A DNA stretch of 64,000 nucleotides, taken from assembly GCA_043228905.1 (NCBI GenBank), contig JBHGNT010000013.1, positions 16,864,001-16,928,000 of the forward strand, written 5' to 3'. Positions within the stretch are counted from its first letter, which is position 1. Every line of letters begins with the position of its first letter. Origin of the DNA: Azolla caroliniana. Taxonomy: Eukaryota > Plantae > Polypodiophyta. Made by a program: the position numbers and the translations under genes. The notes under the pieces are model-generated. The model saw only the letters and a program-made list of their open reading frames with translations. It was not told where the DNA came from and did not search any database. Shown here piece by piece: positions 14,220 through 25,915 of this stretch.

Positions 14220-17200
14220 CTCCCCCTCAAGCTCAACCTGAGGTGGGGTCGTAGTGTCAACCTCTGTGGCAGTCGGTTCTTCCAACCGACTTCTCCTGGC
14301 GTCACTCCACCTTGCTCACGCTCCTCGTCCGGTCCGGTCCCATTTGCCACGATCCCTGTGGTTCTGCACGCCTCGACCCTCTCGGTCGGCATGTCTGCTC
14401 AATAGGCCCATCTCAGCACTCACGTTGCTGTGACTCCGGCGCTTGCCGATCCGTCGGTTCTCCCACGATGGCATTGACTTCTGTTGTGTCCGTGTCCCCT
14501 TGGCCTTCAGTCGATCCGACTCATCCGGATCCATCTGTTGATTCGAGTCAGCCGTCTCTGACTCTTTCCAGCTCTTGTCCGAATCGGTACACTCCGATTC
14601 GACTTCCGGCTTCAGGCCTCTCACCACATTGGACCACTTCCGAGTCTTGGCCTTCTCCATGCTTCCCTCGGCTTCTTCAGCCGATGAACCGAAATCGAAT
14701 TCTTCATTTGACTTTGTATCATGGTCAGTACCGTTGTGATGACCTCCGCACAACATGCACTTCTCTTCCTGAGTGCACAACTCTTCTTCACAACCGCTTG
14801 CTCCGACCTGTTCGGATGTGTCGACTTCCTTCGTCGACTCAGCTTCCTTCATCTTCTCGTCTCCTCTTCTTCCGGCTCTCCTCTTACCGACGGGTTCAAC
14901 AGTTCTTTTTTGGCCTTTGCCAGTTTCGATAGAGACTTTGCCCTTGCTTCTCCCCCTCAAGTGCGGCACGTCGAGATGCTGAATACCAAGCATGTCGGTA
15001 AAGTGCTGCAACTTGTCCGATCCTAGCGGCTTGGTGAAGATGTCGGCAACTTGCCGATCCGTATGAACATACTGTAGGTCAACTTCACCGCTCAGGACCC
15101 GCTCACGCATGAAGTGGTAGTGCACCTCGATGTGCTTTGTGCGAGCATGGAACACAGGGTTCCTGGCGAGTTGCAGGCTGCTCATGTTATCGCAGTAAAT
15201 CGGGATCGGGGTCGGTACCTCGATCCGCAAGTCTCGCAACAGTCGCCGAAGCCAGATGGCTTCACAAGTGGCAACGGTAGTGGCCCGGTACTCAGCCTCA
15301 GTGCTTGACAAAGCCATTGTAGGCTGCTTCTTGCTGCTCCACGCAACGACCGCGCTACCTATGGAGAACATGTATCCGGAAGTGGAACGACGATCAGACG
15401 CATCGCCGGCCCAGTCAGCATCTGTGTAACCGACAAGCTCTTCGGGTATACCTCGCTGGTATAGCAGTCCCCGGTCCTTAGTGCCGCTGACATACCGTAA
15501 TATTTGTTGCGCGCACTGAAGGTGCTCCACGGTCGGCTTCTGCATGAACTGGCTTACCATGCCGACCGGATAGCTGATGTTGGGTCGGGTGATGGTTAAG
15601 TAGATCAGGCTTCCGACAACCTGTCGGAACCGTTTCTCATTGCAGGCCGGTCCGGAGTTGGGACAGAGCTTCTGGTTCCGGTCCAGGGGTGTGGAGACAG
15701 GTCGGCAATTCGTCATGCCGAACTTATACAGCATATTCAACACGTAATGTCGTTGTGAGAGCAATATGCTGTCGGGAGTCCGGATCACTTCGATCCCAAG
15801 AAAATAATGAAGGTCCCCCAGGTCCTTCATTTCGAATGCATCCGACAACAGGGACTTGATGCGGTTGATTTTGGGAAGACCCGGTCCGGTGATGACTAAA
15901 TCATCCACATACAAGAGTATACATATCGGACCGTCAGAGCCTTGCCAGATGAACAACGAAGAGTCCGACTTAGAGATAGCAAACCCCAGCTTACGCAACC
16001 GGTGCATGATCTTCGTGTTCCAAGCTCGGGGGGCTTGCTTCAAGCCGTAAAGCGACTTCTTCAGTTGGCATACCGCCGACTTGTTCATCTCCGAGTGAAA
16101 TCCGGGGGGCTGAGTCATAAAGACTTCCTCTTCAAGCTCTCCTTGAAGGAAGGCATTCTTCACATCCATCTAGTGAAGATGCCACCCCCTTGTCGCAGCA
16201 ACCGCCAGTACCACACGAACCGTCGTCATCTTCGCCACAGGAGCGAAGGTCTCGTCGTAGTCGATTCCGTGGGTCTGCGCGTATCCCTTCGCCACTAACC
16301 GGGCTTTGTACCGGTTAACAGAACCGTCAACGTTGTACTTGACCTTGTACACCCACTTGCATCCGATCGGTTTACAGTGACGGGGAGGATCAACTAGGTC
16401 CCAAGTTTCGTTGGCATCGAGTGCCCGCATTTCTTCGTCCATAGCGGCACGCCAATTTGCGTCCTTTGCCGCTTCTGCGTAGCTCTCTGGCTCACGCACT
16501 TCTGTCACCTTAGTCATGTACGCATAATGATGCGCCATGTATTCATTGTACCCGTACCGCACGACGAGATCCTTCTGACGGGTTGATCGGCGCAACGCAC
16601 CGTCACCTGATTTGAGGCCCTTCTTGGCCAGTTCGGTCTTCGTTGCCGAAGATCTGCCTTTCTCCTTTTCGGAGTCGGATACGCACCGATCCGACTCATC
16701 GTTGCCGGTTTCGAATTCCGGCATCTTCCTCTTCCCCTTCTCTTTGCGCGTGAACCGTTTCCTCGGTTCCTTGCGCGGGGAGAGCACGACAGAGTCTCCA
16801 CCACTTGCCGTCTCTTCATCCGACCGGTCCAACCGACTCAGTCGCTCGTTCGGTCCACTCAACCGTAACGAATCCGGACTCTCATCTTGAGTCCCAACTT
16901 CATCATCCTCTGCCAGGGCTGATTCAGGCTCACTGGCCTGATCTTCTGGCATTGGACCGGGATCGGAAGTCGGAGTCGGTACGGAGTACCAGGATGCCGA
17001 TTCATCGAACTCGACATCCCGGCTAACTCGGACTTCCTTCGTCCGGGGGTTATAGCACTTATACCCCTTTTACTCTTGAGCATAGTTGACTAGGATGCAT
17101 TTTTCCGATTTTGCATCCAGCTTTCTCCGCTTTTGATCCAGCACATACACATACGCTATGCTGCCGAATATCCGAAGGTGTCTTAAGTTCGGCTTGCGCC

Positions 17201-19136
17201 CGAAATACAGCTCATGAGCTGACACCTTGTCACCGATGCGGTTTTGTATGTAGACGACCGTCTGGACCGCCTCCGCCCAGTAGAACCGGGGCATGCTCTT
17301 TTCCTCCAACATTGCCCTTGCCGCTTCGACGAGTGTCCGGTTCTTCCTTTCGGCCACACCGTTTTGCTCCGGTGTGTATCTGCAGCTGAACTCTCGCCGA
17401 ATTCCCTTCTGCTGCAGATAACTAGTGAATTGGCCGGAAAAATATTCCTTTCCACCATCCGACCGAAGGCATTTGATCTTCCTCTCTGATTCCCGTTCCA
17501 CCATCTTCTGGAGGCTCCGGAAACAGTCGAAGACTTCGCTCTTCCGCTCAATGAGGTAGATCCAAGTATGCTGAGTATAGTCGTCGATGAAGGAGACGAA
17601 GTATCGGCTCCCGCCAAGGCTTACACTTTGTGCCGGTCCCCACACATCCGAATGGATGAGATCGAGCTTGTTACGGCTCCGGTTCCGTTCGGTGGGGAAT
17701 GGAAGGCGGTGTTGCTTCCCAAGTTGGCAGGCTTCACAAATTTCGGCTCTCCGGCCGCTGAACTTTGGCAAACCGAAAACGACTTGTTTCGTTTGCAGAT
17801 CTTGAAGCTTCCAGTAGTTGACGTGGCCTATCCGCTTGTGCCACAGGTCGATGTTCGACTCGACCTTCTGTCGTTTCGCGAACAGAGCGGTGCCAAAGTC
17901 ATTGGTGTCGAGGATAAACATCCTCCCGTCTCTGCGCCCTTGCGCAATGACTTCGCCCTCATCCTCAATGAAGCACCCGAGGTGCGTAAACCACACCTGC
18001 ATCCCCTGGTCGACAATATGATTGACGGACACTAGGTTCTTCGTGATCGTCGGAACGTGTAATACGTTCATCAGCTTCCCTTTCTGTCCGACGTGGCTTA
18101 GAGGGACTTCTCTGACGTGCACGATTGGGTGAGGAGTGTCGTCTCCGGTTTCGACTACTCTTGGTTGATCCGGTTTCTCCAGAAAGGAGAACCACTCTTT
18201 GTGGCTCCTCATGTGGTTCGACGCGCCGGAATCAACATACCACACTTCCTCTGTTTTGGAAGTGGTCTTCTTCATAGAGTTTGCCTTGTGATTCATCACC
18301 AAGGCTGGCCCCTTACCGGCCTTTCCGGTTCCAGATCCTTCTGATCCGTTTGCGTAGTGCGAGTTTTGCCGGCCATCCTTACCGGTCTTGCCGGATCCGG
18401 ATTTGTCCGAATCGGCACGCTTTCTCCAACACTCGCTTTCCCTGTGGCCTTTTTTGCCACAATACCAGCATTCTGTAGCAGATTTGTCTTGCCGGCCTCC
18501 GGCACCGCCTTGACTCCCCCTGTTTGTGGAAGTCCCGGAACTGCTGTCGACACGTTCATAGTGCCTCCGTTCCTGCTCTTGCCGGCCGCCTCCATTGCGT
18601 GCTGACCCACCTCTTCCACCACGCCCACAGAACCGATCCGTTCCCGTGTACAACATTCGGCTGTCCAGGGATGCACTGGTAGATGCACCGACGTGGTTCT
18701 CCTCTACAAGGAGCATCGATTGTAAGTCGAAGAATGAGGGGGTATTCTCCCTTGTACACACCGCAGTCCGGAACGCTCTGAACTTGGATGCCAGGCCTCT
18801 GAGACATACCTGCACCATCTCGTCTTCCTCTACGGTAACATTGATAGAGGTTAGCAAGTCGCAGATCTCCTTTATCCGGCCCGTGTAGTCTGCCACAGAC
18901 ATGTTCTTCTGTCGAACATTACTCAACTCCTGCCTGAGTTGCATCTTCCGGGCAGTGGTGCTTGCGGCGAAAACCTTTTTCAGGTTCCCCCAAGCATCCT
19001 TCGGTGTCTTGGCATCACGGATGTGGCTAAGCAGTTGATCGCCGACACTAGACGCGAAGCAGTACATCACCCTGCTTGCCGCCTGTTCCCATACCGGGAA
19101 GTCCTTGTGTGCCGAGTCTGGCGCCACATCATTCGC

Positions 19137-20145
19137 TGTTGTGAAGATTTTCGGCAATAGTGTGAAAATCCCATAAAACGTACGAAATCGAGTATGAATC
19201 ACGTAATACAATAATTGTGAAGATAACATTTTTAATATCTAAGTACAAAATGATGGAGGTTTCGAATGCACTTTATTACACGAGAAATGGACAACTAAAT
19301 GTCAAGATATGAGGGTATAAAGTTTGTGAAAAGAAAAGAGAAAATTATGAGATATCCCACATAGGCACGACAAATACGGCTCTCATCATATATAAGGTGG
19401 AGCAAAAGATATTATCTTTGTGTTTATGTGTGGAGCATAGAGAGTTCAAGGTAACTTGAACTAAGAGTGGAGGTGGCTAGCTACTCGTAAAGGGTTTTGG
19501 CCAAACAAAACCGGACCGGCGATGGAGCCGGTGATTCGACGGCGGCATCCGGCATCGGTATCCGGCGAGGCACCGGTAACCGACGGCATCCGGCGGCGGC
19601 ACCGGTATCCAGCGTCGGCATCCGGCGAGGCACCGGTATCCGACGACTAGATAAATAAATATATAAATATATATACATATTTACATATACAAGGAGGGCA
19701 AGTATAGATTCGAACCTTGCACCTCCAAGTTAGGAGTCAATTGGCTTACCATTAAGCCATGCTATTTAGTTAAAATTATATTTCTATCATTGTACTTTTA
19801 CATGTAAATTCTCATACATGAGAGCTAAAATGAGTGACCACATGTAATACTTAAGCGCCAAATGGCAAACATGCAATTTATGCATGTCTTGTACCCTCAC
19901 ATGCATCATATGCATGAGAGCATCTATAAAAGAGGGAAGGGGGAGGAGAAAAAACACGGTTTTTTTTATGAAAATTAAGAGGAAGAAATTCGTTATCAAA
20001 TTGATCGTGTAATCTCAACTTCTCTCTTTCCCAATCTATCTTAAGTACTTTCTCGCCAAAGCTTGTATCGACTCTAAATCCTTCTGGTCCAGAACCCCGG
20101 TGGTTCCGCCTCACGATCCGCGCGTAGTGACGGATCTTCACGACA
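19137..20145 (+). repeat. Gypsy-A 5' LTR (1009 bp)
   Basis: Contains GC-rich short tandem repeats (19540-19648), an antisense tRNA-like A/B-box segment, and TATAAAA at ~19925. Confidence 0.96.
19695..19766 (-). promoter_or_regulatory. tRNA-like Pol III internal promoter (A and B boxes) inside the Gypsy-A LTR; second copy at ~26474-26545
   Basis: Minus strand TGGCTTAATGG (19759-19749) and GGTTCGAATCT (19716-19706) at tRNA-like spacing, with a GCTT/AAGC D-stem. The other stems are degenerate. Confidence 0.6.
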
Positions 20146-20153
20146 TAATTAAG

Positions 20154-20171
20154 TGGTGAACCCGACGTGAA
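20154..20171 (+). promoter_or_regulatory. Primer-binding site, tRNA-Trp
   Basis: TGGTGAACCCGACGTGAA is complementary to the 3' 18 nt of plant cytosolic tRNA-Trp (..TTCACGTCGGGTTCACCA, recalled from memory). Confidence 0.85.
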
Positions 20172-20212
20172 AGAGGCGGTAGGAAGGATCAAGTCGAGAT
20201 TAATACTTGGAG

Positions 20213-22411
20213 ATGGCGTCCTCAAGCAACCAAGCAGGAGAGCTCGAAAGGATGATGCTAATCGTCGAGCAAATGATGAGATCTCGGGACAACGACGCGA
20301 GCGTGGAGAAGGCTGTCGATCGTGTCGTAGAGCTCGAGGGCCAATTCGATGGAAGGAACGTTACGAAGTTCCTTGATGCATATAGAAGGGAGATGAATTA
20401 GAGGGACGTGTCCGAGGCACGTCAAATCGCAAGCTTCAAGAGAGTTGTCGCCAACAACATCCAAAGACGCGTCATCGAGCTTCAAGAAGGTAAGACAACA
20501 TGGTCCGAGTTCGAGAAAACGATACTAGCGGAGTTCGTGATTGAAGACTCAACGAGGATGACTCGACATGCCCTGATGAAGTGGATAGAGAAGAAGAATA
20601 AGAAGATGAGCGTCTCGAGGGTGTACGACGAATTCGACTAGATGTTTAGTCGTCTCTCCAATACGGACCAAGTGTTGCTTGAAGAGGACAAGACTTTGTA
20701 CTTCTTGAAGGCCGTGGACATAAAGGATAGACGGGAGTTGGGGACTCTTCTCGAAGATGATACCCAAGCAAATGGGCTCGTAGCGGACTGGATCGCGGTG
20801 AAGCGGGCATGCAATAGGCTCGACAAGCGTCGCCAATGGGTTGATGACACCGACTTGACGGGACCGACTACCACGGAGAAAGCAAGACCGCCGAAAGTAG
20901 CTGAGCCGCCAAGACAAAGTAACGTGGAAGAAAAGAAGATTGATGACAACATCATTGAAGAGCTAGCGAAGAAGTTCGAGAAGGTCACTCTAGCCAACAT
21001 GAATCGTCGGGGCCCTAAAGGAAAAGAACCCTTTAGATGCGTGTGGTGCGATAGCATGGACCACATGAGAAGGGATTGTACGAGCCTTCGAGAGGCGATT
21101 CGACAAAATATTGTATACATAGAGGACAACATGATCTGCTCAAGCGAGACTAGAAGACCTCTACGGGTGAATTTCGGAAGAGGAGGAATGAAGAAATCTA
21201 TGGAGGATGCCGATGCGACTCATGTGGATGCGATGCACTATGCTGCGTCGGCTGGAATAAGAGTCGGGAAAGACAAGACTGAAGCTGCTAGAGCGGGAGC
21301 AAAGTTTTGGACTTCCGTTCTCGAATATGAGAAGAAGGGAAAAATCACATCGAACGAGGTAGAGCTTGCGGACCGAAGCGTGCAAAGCATAACCGGGTGG
21401 TCGGATCCGGTGGACGACAACACCATACTCGCAGAGGTGATGTGCGACAACCACGAGGTGTTCGTCGAAGAAAAGAGAAAGAGAATAGAAGAGCAAGGCC
21501 CATCTAAAAGACATGAAACAAGGAACGTGAAAAAGAAGGACGATGCGGAGACGAGTCGACCTTTACAATCGGAGGAACGAGAATCAAGCCAAAAAGGGGA
21601 GCCGAGCATACGAGTTGAAGAAACAGTGCGGCCCGTGAAGGTTGGTGTCGAAGACCCCGCTCGGAGGACAAGGACTATAGCTACCTATAAGCTAAGGTCG
21701 GACATAGAGCAGACGACGGACCTAAAGAAGATTCTCGAAGAACGAGTTCTTGATAGCCACGTAACTTTGTCCTTGAGGGAATTGCTTGGCATTACGAAGA
21801 AGGAGTTCCATGACACGATCGTGGACCTTGTAAAGAGAAAGAGACAACAATCGGACGAGGAAGAAGAGAAGCCGCAAAAAGCAAAAACGAATGCCATAAC
21901 GATGGCAAGAGACGAAATCGATGAAGATATGGTGGACAACCACTACACTCGACCTCATTGGGCACGAGCGACAACGGAGACGCCGGTGAAGATCGGGGAG
22001 AAGAAAGAGACCGTCGTAGCCTTGATCGACCACGGCTCGGAGATCAACCTCATGTCAACCGACTTCTACAAAAAGGGAAGATGGCAAATCAATACAAACC
22101 ACGGATGGAAGATTCGCGCGGCAACAAAGTCTACGGAGGACTTGTACGGAGCTTGTCCCATTGTCAAAGTCACGATCGGGGATGTGGAGATGGATCAACA
22201 TTTCTTCGTACAAGAATCGGCGTCGCATCCTGTCATCCTAGGGCAACCTTATATCACATCATCTCGGATGGAGACCAAAGTGTTCGATAATGGAGCAGCC
22301 TTCGCATGAATAAAGAATCTTGACAACCAAAGATCGGTCCAATTCCTAACAGTGCGAGCCAATCATGAAAGGAATCGAGATAGTCTCGGAGGCGAATCCT
22401 CGGATTTTTAG
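20213..22411 (+). pseudogene. gag: Gypsy-A ORF1 gag-protease, three premature stops
   Basis: GQFDGRNVTKFL, knuckle CVWCDSMDHMRRDC, protease ALIDHGSEINLM..ILGQPY. Stops at 20399-20401, 20639-20641 and 22307-22309; natural end SSDF* at 22411. Confidence 0.92.
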
Positions 22412-22464
22412 AGCGGACTATTGAAGCATGGGGCACAAATAGTCCGAGCAATCACAAGACCCCA
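22402..22464 (+). promoter_or_regulatory. Predicted -1 ribosomal frameshift signal: G_GAT_TTT plus pseudoknot
   Basis: Heptamer at 22402-22408. Stem 1 CGGACTATT (22414-22422)/AATAGTCCG (22438-22446). Stem 2 TGGGG (22429-22433)/CCCCA (22460-22464). pol is in the -1 frame. Confidence 0.85.
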
Positions 22465-25400
22465 CAAGAAAGAAGAGCGCGTGGATTGCAAGGAGAAGCA
22501 ACATGTGTCACACCTAGTGGCGCATGTAAACTAGTACTACCCGACAAGAAGCACAAGCACCGGATACAAGAATTCGAGAAGATGCTGAAAGAAGAGAACA
22601 TAATAGAAGAAGGGGAGTTCGTGACTCATATTATGGAAGAAGCCTCATTTAACGACACCATCGGCGAAATCGAGGACGTCGTGGACTTGAGCTATCTTCA
22701 CAACCAATGCGTGATTTCGGTTAACTTTGTCAACATGTACGCTATCATCGATGAATACCGTCGTGGCATCTCGATGAAGGAAGCTGACATCAACACGAAA
22801 TATAAAACGGTGGATAAGAAGATCAAGCCAGTTGCGGTTCCGCTACCGGAAGATAGTTGGCAAAAGATGAAGGAAGTCGCTAACGATCCAAGCTTAAGAG
22901 ATCCGAAGAAGATAGGTCATGACTTCACCAAAGAGACGAAGGGGAAGCTACGAGTTGGAAAGGAGGATTTCCTTCTCCTTGAAGAGGAGCGATTGTTTCG
23001 CGATATGCTTGAGAGACATGGGAAGGCTTTCGCATTCTTCCCACGAGAAATTGGATGCGCCGACCCAAAGGTTATAGAGCCAATGGTGATCTTCACGGTG
23101 CCTCATGTGCCTTGGAATTTGAAACTGATACCGGTTCCGAGAGCACACCTTCCGAAGCTGATCGAGCTCTTAAAGGAGAAGGTGAGTATGGGAATTCTAG
23201 AACCGTCGAATGCTCCTTATTCCAATAGGTGGTTCATGGTGCCGAAGAAGAATGGATCATTGCGATTCATCCAAGATCTTCAACCCGTCAACAAGGTGAC
23301 AATTCGAAATGCCGGAATCGGTCCGAGCATGGACGAATTTGCCGAAGCGTTTGCGGGCCGGTCCATCTACTCCATTGGCGATCACTACTCCGGATATGAC
23401 CAATTCCAATTGGTGATCGACAGTCGGGACATTACAACCATGAGGACTCCGATCGGGCTTGTGCGGATGTGTACCTTACCCCAAGGCGCAACGAACTCGG
23501 TGGCTCATATGGTGAATGCCATGAATAAAGTCTTGAAGGATTGCATTCCGGACATCACGATGCCATTCTTGGATGATATTCCGATAAAAGGATGTTCGGA
23601 TGAGGAGAAAGATGAATCGAAAGATAAGGAAGGTTGTAGAAAGTTCGTTGCGGATCATATGAAAGATTGCGAGAAGGTGCTTCAAAGGCTCGAAGATACG
23701 AATTTGACATTTTCGGGAGAAAAATCCGCATTCGGGCAACCAGAGATCTTGGTGGTAGGTCACTTGTGTGGAGCATACGGCCGGAAGCCCTCTCCATCCA
23801 AAGTGAACGCAATCCAAGACATGAAAGAAGAATGCGAAAACCAAACGGAGGTTCGAAGGTTCCTTGGAGCGTGCGCGTTTTATCATATATGGATTCCTCA
23901 CTACGCTCATGTCGCCGAACCGTTATATGGACTACTAAAGAAAAGAATAAAGTTCGAATGGCGAGATGAGCACACAGAGGCGATGCGAAGGTTAAAGAAA
24001 CTGCTTCTTGAAGCTCCGACACTAAGGAAGGCCGACTATGCCGAAGGGAAACCAATTTACGTGACCGTAGATACGAGCCCAACCGGAATCGGGTGGGTCA
24101 GCAATCAAGAAGGTGAAGATAATGCGCGATATGCCGTCCGGTTCGGAGCAAAGGTTCTCAGCGAACGACAACAAAGATATGCCCAAGTCAAGCGGGAACT
24201 TTGGGGTATTGTGTCGGCAGTGAAGACGGACAAAGATTACCTGATCGGGTCAGAAGTGATAATAGAGACAGATTGTCTCCCAATTCTCGGAATGGTCTCG
24301 GGATGTGCGACCCCAGATCTTGCTATGCTAAGGTGGATCGCCTACATCAAGTCTTTAAACCCAGAGATCCGTCACATCGCAGGGAAGAAGAACGCCATGG
24401 CTGACATGCTGTTGAGGGCAAGATTTTCAAATGGAAGTAACATGGTTTCGGAAGATGAAGATGTCGCCCTCAACTTCTTGAAGATGGCTCGATTGTCGGC
24501 AGAAGACCAGGACACGCAAACCCTCCACGCCTTCAACGAGAACGAGTACGAAGGAGAATGGTTACTCATCGGTAGATTCCTAAGAACATTGACGACAGAT
24601 GCTTCGTTGACAAAGGAGGAGGCCCTACGAATCCGAAAGAAAGCTTATCGATACTTCTTGAAGGGAGGATTCCTTTGGCGACACCCAAAAAGAAGGACAG
24701 GAATACCACGTCGAGTGGTGGTAAATAAAGAAGAGCAAGAGACGCTGATGACCGAATTCCACGAGAGTGCTTGGGCAGGTCATAGAGGAACATGGGCAAC
24801 GTTCGAAAAATTGAAGGAGAAGTACTGGTGGCCAAGCATGTACAAAGATGTACTCCATTTCGTGTCGACATGTGAAACTTGCCAAATATATTCAAATATA
24901 CGTCATCGTGATGAGTTAAAGCTGACATACCCACTCACCATTCACTTCAAATGGATGGTGGATCTGGTCTCGATGCCAATGGGAGTGGGACAAATGAAGT
25001 ACTTAGCGCTCGCAAGGGAAGACTTGACAAATCAAGTGGAAGGACGAGCCTTGACAAATAAGACGACTTCAGCCGTTTGTAAATTTTTACTTGAAGATGT
25101 TGTTTGCCGATATGGATGTGTAGGGAAGATAGTGGCCGACCGAGGGGAGTTGGACGCGCACGAAGCGACGGAGCTCTTCGAAAGACTAGGCGTGAAGCTC
25201 TCCCTCACGACTGCCTACAATCCGGAAGCAAATGGGAAGATCGAGCGAGGGCATGGACCTATCGTTAAAGCCATCGTACGGGCATGCAACGGTCGAGTCG
25301 GGAATTGGCCACGACTATTACCCTATGCCTTGTGGGCCGATAGAACGACACATAGCTCGGTGACAGGGTATATGCCGACGGAGCTTATGTATGGACAAAA

Positions 25401-25843
25401 GCCGATTATGCCCATCGAAAGGACGATCGCCTCATGGGTAGCGATACCGTGGGAGAACGAGATGAGCCGAGAAGAGTTATTAGCGGCGCGGATAAGGCAA
25501 CTTGAAAGAAGACCTGAAGATTTAGAAAAAGCGCGAAAGATGATGAAGGCAGCCCGAGTAAAGAACAAAGTTCGGTTCGACAACACGCATCGACTTCGTC
25601 CCAAGAAGATTGAAGAAGGGGAAGTTCGCAAGAAGATGGTTCGGGCCGTATGTAGTGACAAGTGCCAACGATAATGCCACATACCACCTTGCGGAACTAG
25701 ACGGATCAAGGTTGGCCGTACCCATTGCGGGAAAAAGAGTAAAGCTTTTCAAGAAAAGACAAGACAAGGATCCTGACCTCGATTACCTCGACGATGAACA
25801 TAATAGGCCGGATGAAAATGAAGACATGGAGGAATCTAATTGA
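22402..25843 (+). CDS. pol: Gypsy-A pol (RT, RNase H, integrase); small deletion frameshifts the integrase C-terminus
   Basis: ORF 22486-25674: LRFIQDLQPVN, LPQG, PFLDDIPIKG, VDTSPTGIG, HESAWAGH..CETC, DDE core. The GPY motif continues in ORF 25610-25843. Confidence 0.92.
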
Positions 25844-25915
25844 TCATCGTAGCCGAAATCTCACTTCTTCTCTTCTTGGCACGTACCGGAGGACGTGCGG
25901 TTTGGTGGGGGTGGA

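Noticed and set aside
17070-19229. 719-aa ORF taken as a complete protein
   Set aside because: Its first ~31 codons come from the antisense Gypsy-A LTR; the true gag start is at 27034.
19695-19766. Functional tRNA genes here and at 62438-62512
   Set aside because: Acceptor, anticodon and T stems are degenerate; only the promoter boxes are intact.
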